A DNA stretch of 63,928 bases, counting the filler, from Collodictyon triciliatum (Eukaryota), in the NCBI GenBank assembly GCA_043381765.1. It is 7 parts of 7 records of this genome, joined end to end, with 100 filler letters (N's around TTAATTAATTAA, not from the genome) between each part and the next. Parts side by side here need not be neighbours in the genome. Positions count along the whole stretch, not along the records: positions 10,027 to 19,948 come from JBHJMP010002850.1; positions 20,049 to 29,969 come from JBHJMP010002851.1; positions 30,070 to 39,989 come from JBHJMP010002852.1; 4 more parts are not named here. One strand, 5' to 3'. Below the pieces are notes generated by a model. It was not told the DNA's origin and did no database searches. It saw only the letters and a program-made list of their open reading frames with translations. Of this stretch, positions 13,301 to 30,382 are shown piece by piece. The stretch's first letter is position 1, and each line of letters starts with the position of its first letter. Position numbers and translations under genes: made by a program.

Positions 13301-15700
13301 ATGTATTTCTTAAAATAACAGTTGCATCATCAATCCAGCTGCATATCAAATCACTGTCAATATCTGTTAATATTGAACAGTTAAAGTTTCCTATTATATT
13401 AGCTCTATCTGTATCTTTATCGAATTTGATGTGGACGTCTTCTCCATATGAATCAAAACTTGCAAATTTAGCGATTGGCGCGGCAACAAAAGTTGTTGAT
13501 GTTGTCATTTGGTGCGTCTTAGACTGAAAATGTGATTCAGTTCTAGATAAAATGTTGGATGATTCTTTTGGGCTTTCGGACCAATTGTGCGGTGTAGCTT
13601 TTTGAGAGGAGGAAGATTGGGACACTGACGGTTTTAATGATGTTATGTTGTAACCATATATTGAATTGGAATTGGACCTTGTCTTGGACTTAGAAACAGA
13701 GTTGGAAATGGAATTAGAAATTGATACTGAATCGGAATTGGAGTATGAGTGAGAGTTTGAAATCGTTGAGGGTTGCAACTCTGATTCCGATTTTGTTTTC
13801 GAGATTGAATTCGATATCGAAAACGAGTTTGTCTTTGAATTTGAATTTGAGTTAGAATTTGAATTGAATTCATTTTCAGATTCAGACTCAGATTTCGATT
13901 CAGAAAAATCCTTGGATTCGGAGTTATTATTAAGGTCGAAATTCAGATCCCCGGATTTTTTACCCACCACTCTTAAATAATTAAATTTTTGGACCTCTAT
14001 ATCATGCTCTCTCTCACATACTTTATCATTTTGGGATTCATGTTTACCTGACCCCGAGCTCTTCAACAGATCTAACTCGCTTTTTTTAGACGTATCTCTT
14101 TCTTCATATTTTTGCGCTACAGTACAACAAATGTTAGTAAAATTATAATAGATAAGTGTCGGCGATCATTGTGTAATATTGAGATAAGATACATCCATAT
14201 TTTTTTCCAAAAAAAAATGATGATATTTGAAAATTATGAGCAGTATATTACTTGGATTTTTTCCGATGTTATTTTCGACCTTTTTAGCGATATCAGTCTC
14301 AATAGATATTGTTCCTTCGATGTGTCCATATTTGTTTGGTTTTTTATCTATATGAACTCTATGACACTGGATGTAGGGTTTCTCTTTCAATGCAAAATAA
14401 GCGTTCATTACACATAAAGTACCCTTATAAAGTCTGAGTGTCGATTTCATATCAATTTCAAATGAGGCACTGGCCCATTCATCATCAGCAACCATGTTCC
14501 ATTCATAAATTTTCATTTTGACATATTTTCTATCTCTATCCATCACATCATTCATAAGAATGAGATATGAAGCTGACTGGATATCATCGATAATCCCAAT
14601 TGCTGACAATGCAACGCTCCACTCTGTCTGAAGCACGCTTGAAATTATCCAATCTCGATCAACGATCCTGTATATGTTAATCAAGGCATTTTCTCGATTG
14701 CCCTCCCTTGAAGAAGTGAGTACCATCAATTTCGAATCATAGTGAATCATGGTAGAATCATGCTTATTATACATGAGCATTCCCTTCGGGTATAGTACTT
14801 GGTCTGGATATACCTCTTGTGCACCAATATTTAGTAATTTATAAATTACTAATACAGTAATTGCTTGCTTTTCTCCTTTTTCTCGCGTAATTCGGGATAC
14901 ACAACCAACAGCAGCCCATTCTCCACCAAGGTCCACTGATGACGTGAAAGCAGATGTATTGCATGGGTCTAATTGCGCCAAATATGTAAGAGGGCTCGTT
15001 TTGATGTCCTCTGCTTCGTCAATTACTTCAAAGAGAAGAGAGACGTGCTCATTTAGATTTGAAATAGAACTTGTGACAGATATCAGAGCCTTTTGTTCCT
15101 GAACAGATATGTAGACCGAAGACTGCTTGGATATCATTATCTTGATTTTGATGGTATATCTTTTAACTAAGCGAAATTCCTTGGTAGGATTACTACAGTA
15201 GATATCCAACAAATTTTCATCGATGCCATCGTCATAAAAAATCGATATTAAACAATTAAAGCGATTTTTGAACGTAGCCAGTGGATATATATCCCCCTTA
15301 GGTAAATTTTTGTCATAAAATATCACAGGATATCCGGTTGTGTGGTTGTATTCGGTCGCTCTGTTATTTTCACTGTCTATTTCGTGCAGAAAATACTCTG
15401 CTGTAGAGTCAGTCTCTTCACGTTTGCAAGCTGATAGTGCGATTCCCATGGACGCTCGAAAGCCACATTCCAACCCTAAACCGTAAAAAAAAATAAATTG
15501 GATATTGTTGTCCAATATAAATGTTTAAGAATTCCGCAGTTCATATAATACAAAGGATGCATAGAGATTTATGGGGTTCTACATTAATTAAATTACAAGA
15601 ACCTCCAAGAGAATTTCAAATTACCTTCAACCAGGGTGACTGACAGTAAGATAAGAATGGTCGTGCTTAAGAAAAAACAGCGATTCAGGCCGAGTGTCAT
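10027..15700 (-). CDS. Secreted/cell-surface REJ (PKD/REJ) + GAIN/GPS domain protein, polycystin-1-like ectodomain, 3' truncated
   Basis: Exon 1 (15700-15625) is signal-peptide-like: MTLGLNRCFFLSTTILILLSVTLVE. A Ser-rich linker follows, then REJ-type motifs (YLWEF...LPPGYTYRFTLSIT, LDAMKSYDPE...FSWTC, RPYGGSFEI...W...PLRFAFGY) and the GPS motif CVYFSEITQTWDDVGC...IVCSCSHLTTF. It ends in (SQ)n running into the linker. Confidence 0.82.
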
Positions 15701-16464
15701 TCTCTTACAGGGGTAAAATGTACTCCTTAAGTATTTGCGAACTATTTTTGGACCTCAAAGTGATTCCTTCAATGGTTATAGAATAAACAACTTTTCATTA
15801 GATAAATATATAAAATAAAAATGTGATTACATAAAGTGAATTATAAAAATGTAAATGCGGCTGTGTAAAAAAAAAAAAACTATTAAACAATAAGATCTCA
15901 TGATGACCCAACCCGCACAATTTTAAGGGAGAAGTGGAGAGATAAATATATATCATGGCGATATTGTAACGGTCACATTAGGGAGTCCTTGTACTTTCTC
16001 CCATGTGTAGAATAAACTGAGAGGCACAAATGAGGGGAGGAGGGGGAGGTTCGCTTTGGAGGGTGAAGGGAGATATGTTGGACGAATAAAATGGGAGAGG
16101 GAATGGATTGATCTTACTCGGGACTTATGTCTTGTGAATGCGTTGTCAAAGTTTGTGGTACTATTGGTAACCCAAGAGCAGGCGACGGGAAAAGGAGGAG
16201 TGAAAAGGAAATGTAGCTTACATTGGGACATGAAACGACATCATAGCAGTGATCGTGTTGAGGTTATATTTGATATGGCCAATCTCTCAAAAGATCTTCC
16301 AAAAAATACTCTACAAACCCAAAAAAAAAAAGAAGAAAGAAAAGAAAAGAAAAGAAAAGAAAAGAAAAGAAAAGAAAAGAAAAGAAAAGAAAAGAAAAGA
16401 AAATAAAATAAAAGAAAATAAAATAAAGAAAGAAATATAGAAGGAAGAAAGAAAGAAGACAGAA

Positions 16465-16560
<96 letters not shown>

Positions 16561-17207
16561 GAGGGGAAAAAAGAGAGAAAAGAAAAGAAAAGAAACTTTG
16601 TGCATCTAGTGTGGAAAACATAGAGCGACGCCAGGCCAGGGTGGTGAAAGCTGGGGTATTCAGAGGGGCATCTGAAAAATGTCTTTATTTTATTATAGTA
16701 TTATATTCCTCAAGTGTAGATATTCGTGTTCAAAAGTCTCATGCTTATTGTTTCTTGTGCGGTTTTCCAGAGGCAGGGTGGTTTTGGCTTCATTGGCTTC
16801 GATTAGTTCTGGTGTCTATATGCCGACAAGGTCGCATGGAAATGAATTGGCCAATGAGGAAAGCGGTCTGCCGAATCCATTTTCATTCATTTTTTAATCT
16901 GGAAAATTAATTGTTTCTTTTCAAAAATCATGCCTAAAAGCTAATCTTCCTTAAGCAAAAACCATACACGCAATAAATACAAATTCAACACAAAATTGTA
17001 TTTGAGCGGCTCCAGGCTTCGAAAACCTCTGTTTGCTTTCTCGGTTCTCGTCTTTTTTTCCTTTTCTCGCTTTCGGTTCAATTATCGAGTATTTTCTTTT
17101 CTTTTTTCTCATTTTGATGTTGATTTTTTTTTTTCGACTTTAAAGCCATAGGCCCGTAATCATCATATAAACGGCAAAGATCAGAAAGTAGGTCGCAGCA
17201 GGCATCC

Positions 17208-17665
17208 ATGGATCCGCTCCGGGGATTTCTGGAGATGAAGACAGAGACAAATGCAAGCGGAGTTCTGCCGGATATATCGTCTGCGGCTCTTTTGCCGCGC
17301 CACCAGCAAGCAGAATTCACTCAAGCAGACTACGGCTTAGGCGCTGTGGGAGGAGAATGTGCTGATCATGCAGCAGAGCCATACAAAACGAAAGAAAAGG
17401 ATGAAAAAGAGGCGAGTGGTGATTGGTTGCGTTCAGAGATGGACAGCGATGGAGACGAGGTGGTAGCTGAGTATGAGGTTGTCGTCACCTCCGAGCTGAT
17501 AAACGACCTGTACTTGGTTCAGTACCCTCTCAGGTCAAAGAATTTCCCATTCAACGAAAGGTTTGCTTTGTCTTGGTTCTTCCAACTTTCGCTCAAATGT
17601 ATTTTTCTATTTTCTTTTTCTTTTTCTTTTTCTTTTTCTTTTCTTTTTCTTTTTCTTTTTCTTTT

Positions 17666-17696
<31 letters not shown>

Positions 17697-19265
17697 CGTT
17701 TTTCTTTTACAATTAGACCAATTCATCCATCATTCACGTGTTTAATATGTGTGTTATCATCGCTGCGACCCTATATATCGACTGCTTCTCCTTACTATTG
17801 TGTGTGTTTTTTTGAAAGGATAGATATCTTATAGCACAAAGAATTAAAACCAAATATTCAAATCTAGCCTTGTTAAAGGATTTCGTTTGAAGCCGAAACA
17901 GAAAATATTGGAGATGGAAATTGAGCGAGCAAAAGACCCGCGCTTCTTTGACGAAGACGCAGCTAAAGACTATGCCTTCACTGGTGTTGATGTCTTTCAT
18001 TCATCCGCGGTTCCAAGTCGATCAAACTATGCAGTGGGCTCTGTGCGGGGAGGTTTCGTTTCCCTTATTTCTCTACGCGTCCTCTGGTTCAAAATTCTCT
18101 AATAATAGTAGTATTATTATTTGGTTAATACATGGCCCCTGCCTCTTCACAGGTCAAATACACATGACACCATTGGTAAATATTGTCCAGATGCGTCCGG
18201 CGATGGACTACGTTGATGGGGCTGAAAGCTTAAGACTAGCCATGGAGAGAGAAAGAGACTCTGACTCACAAGTTTGTTGCTCCCTGCATATTCTTTTGCT
18301 TCGGAGAAAAGTGTATAACAAATGAAATAGGACTCTCACACTTTTGACACAAATATAATTTCTCTGAGCAGGAAGAAACTGACGGGCAAAGTGAAGGGGA
18401 GGCAGAATCCAAGCCTACTATGGTTCAGGTATGCAAATTTCTTTACTCATTCTGCAGCAGAAAGTGATACATCGCTCTTTAGGCGATAGATACTATCATT
18501 TTGTTTGTTTTAGATTGTTTTGTTTATCTTAAATTTTATGTGTTTTTTTTTTTATTCTATGAACAACAGAGCCATGACTTGTACTTTGAAAATAGGTCCA
18601 AATTAAGAAGAAGGAAACCGAGCGGGCTGCTGCTGCGAGAAAAGTAAGGGATATACTAAATGAGATGTATATTGTTGGTAAATCTAATATTATAATCGCA
18701 CTGTGGTAGTCAGGAAGGAAAGCGATAAGCATAAAAGAAAAAATAACGTAATTTTGGAAATGGTTTGCCATTTGGGGCTGCGAATTAACCTTACACAATC
18801 ATTCATTGGGAAAACTGGAGAAATGACGAATCATTTAACAATATTTTACCACATAGGGTTCATATGGTTACTTAAAACAGCTCATGGAGGAGGAGCCGTT
18901 CATCGCCCTACAGTACCACAAAACCGATGTTTGCAATCTTCTTTATATTCACTTTTCCTCCAAAACTTAAGGGCTCTATTTTTTTTTCCTGGTTCTGGTT
19001 CTGGTTATTTACGTTCGTATGTCAATCCAAAATCTCGGTGATGAAAGCCCTCAGTTTGTCTACTTCACCATATGTATATTGCTCTATGAATCAAACCCCC
19101 CACATCGTAATTAACTGCCAGGAACCCACATCTGCTGAAGCAAGAAATAAACTCTTTGGGGAAACAAAGTGTGGGATACAAATGGACGCAGCACCATCCG
19201 AATATTTAAGAATCCTCAACCCACCCATCATAGAAGCGCCGGCCAACCCCGTTGCCAAGAAATAA
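17208..19265 (+). CDS. POLR3E: RNA polymerase III subunit RPC5 (Sin-like/C37), multi-exon
   Basis: DGDEVVAEYEVVVTSELINDLYLVQYPLR...; IRLKPKQKILEMEI; SNYAVGSVRGG-QIHMTPLVNIVQMRPAMDYVD; VQIKKKETERAAAAR. These are Sin_N family motifs. The start and last exon are uncertain. Confidence 0.85.
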
Positions 19266-20048
19266 AGTTTGGCGACACACCCAGATATAAAGTTGGCCGC
19301 GTTCCACCCTGCACACCAAGACTCGGCCACACCAAATTGGTATAAGCCTAACCAGGCGAGTGGTCTGTGGCTAACCACATGTCATCCCATTGTGGAATAT
19401 ATAATTTTTTGATGATTTCGTGACCAGATTACGGCAAATATCTGGCTACATCATTCTTTGGGTCATGATTATGAATGCACATGTAACAAGCACATGAGCA
19501 GTCACAATATTTCACCCGTCTGAAATGAGCCAGGCTTTAGCACAGCGGTGGCATATGCTTCACAGACTTTACCAATGTTTGCAACAAGTATTCGCGTCAG
19601 CTGCTGCGTCGGGTATTGAAGAAACACAAACTGGGTGTCTGTGTGGGCCGCTCTCTTCTTGAATGGCCCGATATCCGAATGCAACGTAGCCGCCTTCACA
19701 CGATGTGGGCTCTTGTCTTTCGGGTGGGTGTCTGTTCTTCTCTCTTGTCAGCTTTGAGAAAGTATGAGGTTAAAACTCTTTTTATTTATTTATTTATTTA
19801 TTTATTATTTGTTTATTTGTGCGGGAGGGTAGTCGATTCGCAAATCGCAGGATACTAAAGACAATAACTAAAAAAAAAAAAAAAATTTAATAAAAAAAAT
19901 CAAACAGAAAAAATTAAGGGCTTTTTTTTTTTTTTTTTTTTTTTTTTTNNNNNNNNNNNNNNNNNNNNNNNNNNNNNNNNNNNNNNNNNNNNTTAATTAA
20001 TTAANNNNNNNNNNNNNNNNNNNNNNNNNNNNNNNNNNNNNNNNNNNN

Positions 20049-22579
20049 ACGGTGCACGGGGTGTAAAGACATCACTATTATCTACGCGATTGGATTTGCT
20101 CACTGACTGTTTCTCCTTAAGAGAAAATGAAACGCAATAAATTAAATAACCAAAATAGACTTGTTTCAGATTACTCTCTGCACAATCATGTGAATAAGAT
20201 AATATAGATTGAGATAATACGAATATGAAAGAAAATACTGGTTCGGGTGATTGCAAAGGGTCTTGTGCTAGAAATGTAAATATGCATGAGTGAAAATATC
20301 CCCAGAGAGTTTTTTTTTTAAAAAAAAAAGGAAGATAAATTGCTTACATTTTACAGGTCCTGGCTGTCGAGGCTTTGACTAGACAAAAAGCCCAGGAAGA
20401 GTATTAAACATAAGACATATATACATTGAATGCGGCAAATCATAGAATATCGAATGGGAATAAAAGTATGCACATGAAACCAAAGTCATGAATAGAAAAT
20501 GTAGTACCGATTCCACAAAGGACCGACTTTTGTGAAGCGATGGTGATGGCATTTCGGCAGATTGTGAGGTTTTCTTTCACAGCGTATTTGTAAGAGCAAG
20601 TTAGCTAGAATTAACACGTCATTTTTGATTTTTAAATCTAATAAAATATCGTGTAAATCTAAGATAAATCATCTCGGGTTAAGTGTATATGGTATGGTAC
20701 CAGTTGAGTCGAAGAAGACGATTTCTTGGATGGATCCGGGTCTGTGATGTGGGAGTCATAGCCAAGAGCATTCCCTCTTTTTGAATCGAAGCGCTTCATC
20801 GGTGATGAGCGACTCTTGCAAGTCTGCGACGAGATGATGTTATTGCATATGTATATATTTCAAGGTTTTGATTCAAAGAGAGAAAATGCTATAAGTAAGT
20901 TATTTGGAGAAATTGAGAATCACTTTCGAGTGGTATTCCACACGGTCAGGCCGGAATTTCCTATCGCAAAATGGACAGGGAACATAATTTGTATCTGCAT
21001 GAGACTATCATGATTGGTTAATTTGATACTCACACAGATAGTGCATTTTCAAGAGTAATCGAAACCCACTAAACGACCCATGAAAGAGCAATCAAATTCT
21101 ATGAAGTATTTAAGAGACAAATAGAAAAGAATTGGGCAAAATACTTTCGTCACAACCGTATAATTAACTTCTTTTTTTAAAAAAAAAATAACGTAAAATA
21201 AATATAATGGCAAAAGATAGATAAAGGGTGTCGACAATACTCACGCCTTCCTCAGGGTCTTGTGCAGTGTAGTATATCTCACTCGTACTGCCGCGTATCG
21301 TCCTTTGGTCGTCTTGATTAACTAAGTTTGCGCTTTCAGAAGTAATATGTTCGGCTGCAGATGCTGAGTATATCTGGGGCTGGGAAATTGATTTTGTCTG
21401 TACTTTGGTAGGTTGTTGTGGAGTGATATTTGTCTGTGGTGGTGTGGTTGGCGAGGTGCTGTAAGGGTTTGTGTATTTTGCAGTTTGATACCGCGGTGTT
21501 ACGGCCGGTGCAGCATAAGGCGCGTCATACCCATTGGTATCACGATGTATTTGCTGTTGGTAACGTGGCTGGTTGTGATAATCAGTCTGCTCAAGCATCG
21601 GGTTCATACTATAGTTGTACGGGTTATGGGGTGGCTGCAGTTGCGAATGATGTGCATAATTACTCGCTGAATTAGAGGAAGAATGGGATACTGACGTAGA
21701 TAGCATAGTTGATTGATGGTAGGGACTGTAATGGGGATGAGGTTTCCCCACATCAGACGGTTGATATCCGGTCAAGTCCTTTGCAGAAATGTGAGACGAT
21801 GAGGCAGACCGAGCATACCGCGACGAAGCAGATAGTTCATAGTCTGATATATTCCCAACACGGTCGGACGAGTACCCCAACGCTGAGGATGCAGCAGGCG
21901 CTGTGGACTGATACACCAAACTTGTATTTGCATGTAGATTTGCCGCCGAAGATGACGATGACGATGACGATGCAGTTACGGGATGGACTTGGAAGCTCGA
22001 GCCGAAGCCTGTGTTTGGACCGTAGATTGTCTGCAGCGCCCGCGCATATGCGCCAGTGAAAGGAGTGGACGCACCCGGCGGGGATACGGGTTGTGCGGAA
22101 GCCGATACTGAGGCCGATGCTGATGTGGGGACTGGATTCGAAGCCAGTGAATGCCCTATGTATTGCCCGTGCATATCTGCGTTATCCCGCGATTGCGTAT
22201 AGCTGAAAGACCGATGCCCGCTGTTTGGCGTGTATGAGCGCGATGCACTCTCCATCACTCTGCGTCGGGGTCGAGTCGGGGTCGCTGCGTATGTGTTTGT
22301 GTATGTATCTGTGTCTCCACCAGTGCCAAAGCCCAGGCCAAAGTCGTCCAATGTTGGAGCGCGTCCGCGTCTGCCCGGCGTTTCTGGTCCGGTTGTATAC
22401 TCTGCAGTGCTGATTGATCGCATCGGGTCTGCGTGTGAGGTGGTTGCGGGATTGGCGGGGGCTTTGTGTGTGTTTGGGTGGCCGGATACGTAGCCGTATG
22501 TGTGGTGGAAGTGGTGGCTGGACGCCGGTGCTGGGTGGCTTGCGTGGCTTCCGTTCGGTGGGCGGTGTGATCCAGACAT
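20049..22579 (-). CDS. Low-complexity (Ser/His/Tyr/Gln-rich) protein with a C2HC zinc finger (ZC2HC1-like), 3' truncated
   Basis: Long GC-rich first exon (ORF 21164..22579). Exons at ~20995-20925 and 20823-20700 give YVPCPFCDRKFRPDRVEYHSK-TCKSRSSPMKRFDSKRG, resembling zf-C2HC_2 followed by the FDSxK motif. Confidence 0.6.
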
Positions 22580-23649
22580 GGCTTTTTTCTTAAAGAGGGT
22601 TTTGTAGGGAATACCTTGTTTGTTATAGTTATTCTATCTTTTGTTGCTGCTTTATTCAATCTTTTATGTTTTTGTTTTTGTTTTTGTTTTTGTCTTTTGT
22701 CTTTTGTCTTTTTTCTTTTGTCTTTTGTTTTTTGTCTNNNNNNNNNNNNNNNNNNNNNNNNNNNNNNNNNNNNNNNNNNNNNNNNNNNNNNNNNNNNNNN
22801 NNNNNNNNNNNNNNNNNNNNNNNNNNNNNNNNNNNNNNNNNNNNNNNNNNNNNNNNNNNNNNNNNNNNNNNNNNNNNNNNNNNNNNNNNNNNNNNNNNNN
22901 NNNNNNNNNNNNNNNNNNNNNNNNNNNNNNNNNNNNNNNNNNNNNNNNNNNNNNNNNNNNNNNNNNNNNNNNNNNNNNNNNNNNNNNNNNNNNNNNNNNN
23001 NNNNNNNNNNNNNNNNNNNNNNNNNNNNNNNNNNNNNNNNNNNNNNNNNNNNNNNNNNNNNNNNNNNNNNNNNNNNNNNNNNNNNNNNNNNNNNNNNNNN
23101 NNNNNNNNNNNNNNNNNNNNNNNNNNNNNNNNNNNNNNNNNNNNNNNNNNNGTGTGTTGGAGCTTATTGCCAGTGGATTGAATCACCAGTGATAAATCAA
23201 TGAATAAATACATGAATGCACAGTTCGTAACAGCTCCGGCCAACGACCCAGTTTGCGGGTGAAGAAAAAAAAAGCATCGGGTGTGCCTGTCCGAATTAAA
23301 GCAATGATATCATATTTGGTATGATTAGATTTTATCTGGTTTGGTGGGTTAATCTCTAGGCAAAGCAAACAGTTGTGTTCGGTTGGGACATCTTTTTGTC
23401 TTGTTAAAAAAAAAAATACAATCAAAATAACGAGTCGGGTTGGTGAAGAGGAGTTGACCCGTAGAGTGAGAGCGAGGGTAGAAGAAGGAAAACCTAAAGG
23501 AATAAATAAATAAATAAAAGGAAGGAAGGGATATAGAGAACAAGGCAAACGAATACGGCGTAGGTTGCACAAGGTTTTCCTAAAACAAGTGTGCCTTTTT
23601 TGGTCTGACACCCCTGCCCGCGCCAGAAACGAATCGCCCTAGCGTGCGG

Positions 23650-26351
<2,702 letters not shown>

Positions 26352-27510
26352 TTCGTTCATTCAACCAGAAAAAAAGTGAAAGAGAAAGAGAAGGACGGAG
26401 GGACTTCCGCTCGATTTCTTTCCTTTCATTTATCAAATAATTAACTGAAAGTTTTTAAAAAAAAATCATACCACGTTTCACATCATTGGTTGGCCATATG
26501 TAGTTTTTCTTTCTTTCTTTCATTTTCATGCCCATTTTATGCTGCCCTGGCATCACTCGAAATCATTAACTAACCTCACCACATAAAAGCTGCTTCTTCT
26601 TTTTCCTTCCCACACATTTTTTTATATTCCCATGATAAAATCACATGGAATCGAAATGCTATTTGCATCACTTTCAAATGTTGGAAAATAAAATAATCAT
26701 ATTACCAGAATCCGTTTAATTGCCCCTGAATGCGTTTCATATAAATTCATTATATCCCAACTATTACAAAAATTGACGATTTTCGAAATTAAAAGGAAAT
26801 TGAAATACGTTCATGCGCATGTTGCAGGATAAATGATTGTCCTCGCAAAATAAGCATTCTTTGTTTGTTGGCACAGAGGAAAGGTTTATGGCAGAAAATC
26901 AAGTAAATCGAATTTGCACGGATACGTTATCCGATCACTAATTTTTTTTCGTTTTTTTTCTTTTTTTGGTTTTTGGTTTTTGGTTTTTGGTTTTGTTTTT
27001 TGTTTTTGTTTTTGTTTTTGTTTTTGTTTTTGTTTTTGTTTTTGTTTTTGTTTTTGTTTTTGTTTTTGTTTTTGTTTTTGTTTTTGTTTTTTCCCACTCA
27101 ATTTGAGAAAACACCATGCTGATATGACACTATTTCAAAGAACATCAAATTCAGCTATACCCAACAATAGAAACGGATGAATATGGTAAGCAAACCGATG
27201 AAGGTTCACCTTTCGTGAATGTATTAAAAAAAAAAGATAGTCTGCTGAGATATTCATATGGCAATATGGAAAAATATATAAAGGAAGAATGAAAAGGAAT
27301 AATTACAAAGACAGAGAAAGAACATATGATACATAGCTGTTTATGCCAATTATTTTCTTTTATTCTTCAAGATTGGCAACAGAGAAGAGTGAAAGATTGA
27401 GGAAAAAAATAAGGAAGAGAAAAATTGAAAATCCAAAGTTTCATCGGGGATAGTTTGGAAAAATAAAAAAGAAGGAAAAAAAAGGGCACCTGCTCCAGGT
27501 GGTGCAGTTC

Positions 27511-28992
27511 TCATGAACTCGTCTTTGGATTCATCACAGGGATATCCATATCTTGAAAGGGTGACTTATCTGTGGTAGGAACCCAAACAAATGTATTGGG
27601 TATGTCATCGCATAATAGGAAATCATCCATTTGGACAGGCTTGGCCAGTGCAGCATTCCTACTTCGAACGATTCTCAACTCTTCATTTCTGGACTTTGTT
27701 AATTGTTGTGCAAGGTCCCAGTAGATTTTTTGAAAGTCTCTGGGCGCATCTCTCCATCTGGAAGACATATCTTTGATAAATTCCTTGTTGTCGATGAACC
27801 TGCCCTCTCTCTTGTACGTCTCTCTCATGTGGGACATGTAGGCCATGAAAGCATTGATAGGGCGCTTGGTCTTGGTCTGTGGGCGATAGCTAATGTCCAA
27901 AATCCCTTCAGTCACTTGATGTGGAGTGGTCGTTCTGCTTTTCGACCTTTCATACAGGATGGAGCTACCTGATATTATCGTTTAGTGGGTGAGCTTTTAT
28001 TTATTTATTTATTNNNNNNNNNNNNNNNNNNNNNNNNNNNNNNNNNNNNNNNNNNNNNNNNNNNNNNNNNNNNNNNNNNNNNNNNNNNNNNNNNNNNNNN
28101 NNNNNNNNNNNNNNNNNNNNNNNNNNNNNNNNNNNNNNNNNNNNNNNNNNNNNNNNNNNNNNNNNNNNNNNNNNNNNNNNNNNNNNNNNNNNNNNNNNNN
28201 NNNNNNNNNNNNNNNNNNNNNNNNNNNNNNNNNNNNNNNNNNNNNNNNNNNNNNNNNNNNNNNNNNNNNNNNNNNNNNNNNNNNNNNNNNNNNNNNNNNN
28301 NNNNNNNNNNNNNNNNNNNNNNNNNNNNNNNNNNNNNNNNNNNNNNNNNNNNNNNNNNNNNNNNNNNNNNNNNNNNNNNNNNNNNAGGTCCATACTCACG
28401 AATTTTGATTCAGGAAAAGGAGACGTTGATAATTTAAAGCTATCCATAAACAATCTTGGGTCTGCTAGACCAGATTGTGAACGCATGACTTTGCGATGCT
28501 GTATAGTTTTTCTTGTCTCTCCTGATGCAAGGATGTGTATTTGAGGTGAAGGTTTGACGAAAAAAGCTGGCTGATTTTCACATATGACTGCATGTCTGTC
28601 TGCCGACTCATATCGTCCTGCAATCAAATAAAAAAATGGGCTAATTAATTGTTCCTTGAAGTTTTTTTAAAAATTTTTTGATGTTTTTAAGTAAATCTTT
28701 AAAATAATAAATTGGTATTATTGAGACATCTTATAAGAAAATCTGGTGATAAGGATAGAAAAGAATGGCGCGCTTAGAATTGATAATAAGGGAAAATACT
28801 GGGAAGAGGGGTCTTCGGAGTTGACTCATCCAATTGCAAGTCTATCGTTTGACGTGGTTTCATGTCATGGCCGTTTGATTTTTTGCTGGAGTAGCTTGGT
28901 GGTAATGTTTCTGTTTCAGATTCGGTACCCTCGCGAGAGTGTTGAATCAAATCAATACGGTGTCCCTCGCTCCCCATCCCTATCAGCGCCAT
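27511..28992 (-). CDS. HMG-box transcription factor (SOX/MATA_HMG-like), paralog A
   Basis: The terminal exon (~27969-27511) encodes KRPINAFMAYMSHMR...IDNKEFIKDMSSRWRDAPRDFQKIYWDLAQQL. Upstream exons 28992-28929 and 28619-28386 are phase-compatible but tentative because a gap intervenes. Confidence 0.8.
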
Positions 28993-29914
28993 GGCAGCTG
29001 CGCTGAGTACATCGCCCGAATTTTGTGACTCACTACGTTACAAATGGGACAAGGGTTGTGATACAGGGCCGTACTATTTATCTTTATTTTTATCATTAAG
29101 TATGCGTGATTAACCTGAGTAATTATACAATTTGTTATGGGGGTTTTGTTTGTTTGTTTGTTTGTTTGTTTGTTTGTTTGTTTGTTTGTTTGTTTGTTTG
29201 TTTGTTTGTTTGTTGATTATTATTTCGCTTTTTTGCTCCTTTTTTGTTTAGTTTTTATCAAAATGTTTCCAGTATGTTAATGATTTTCTAGTTAGGACCC
29301 TAGCATTTTACATAACGTATTGAGAGTGCGTTCAAAATAGAAAGGAAAATGAATTTTGATGAGATAGCCTTCGGTAAATATAGAGTGTGTGCTGAGTGGC
29401 AAAATGGTGGATTATAACTCACCATTCGCCCGTGGAGTCGTACTGTTCCTCACAGCTATGTTCTTTGTCCATGTTTTCTGTGGGTCTTCGAACCCCGTCG
29501 ATCTTTCCATCGCTCTCATTTTCAGTCATTCTGAAAGAAAGATATCAATAATAGAGTTACGCGTAGAGGAGGATAATTTGCCAAGGAAATTCGTAATGGC
29601 AAGCAAAACAGGATTTTTGATTCTGGTTTCGTTCTGAATAAGCGGCGAATGATATTTTTTTTCTTGATATGATACTTGCATAGAGGGAATATTTACCCCT
29701 TCGTCGCCGCAATAATTGGATACATGATTACAATCAAACCAAACTTTCCTCGGTTACCTAGATTAATAAGAAGGACAACAGGAAGAAAAAAAAAAGTGCT
29801 CAATTAGACATTCACCTACATGGAAATGCCCTCCAGCAAGAGAATAATGCAACATTTATTTACCAAGACCATAAGGATAATCCTGACAAACAAACAACAA
29901 AACAACAAAAAAAA

Positions 29915-29969
<55 letters not shown>

Positions 29970-30382
29970 NNNNNNNNNNNNNNNNNNNNNNNNNNNNNNN
30001 NNNNNNNNNNNNNTTAATTAATTAANNNNNNNNNNNNNNNNNNNNNNNNNNNNNNNNNNNNNNNNNNNNAAGAATAAAAGAAAAGAATAAAAGAAAAGAA
30101 TAAAAGAAAAGAATAAAAGAAAAGAATAAAAGAAAAGAATAAAAGAAAAGAATAAAAGAAAAGAATAAAAGAAAAGAATAAAATAAAAAACAATAAATAA
30201 AATAAAAGTATTGAATATAAAATAAAAATAAAAATAAAATAAAAAATAATAAAACAAACACAAAAAACAAAAAACAAAAAACAAATAACAAAACAAAAAA
30301 ATAAAACAAGATATCACGATTAACAATCCATCAACACGGGTTCATACCACCACGTGGTATTCTTGTCTCATCGCCTCTTGCT

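Noticed and set aside
16241-16621. ORFs of poly-F/L/K/I/N here and at 23675, 24589, 25634, 26886, 30014, 56101, 59776, 60984 and 61770
   Set aside because: Translations of intronic or intergenic microsatellites (AAAAG, AAAG, AAT, TTTTTG, TTTG and similar).
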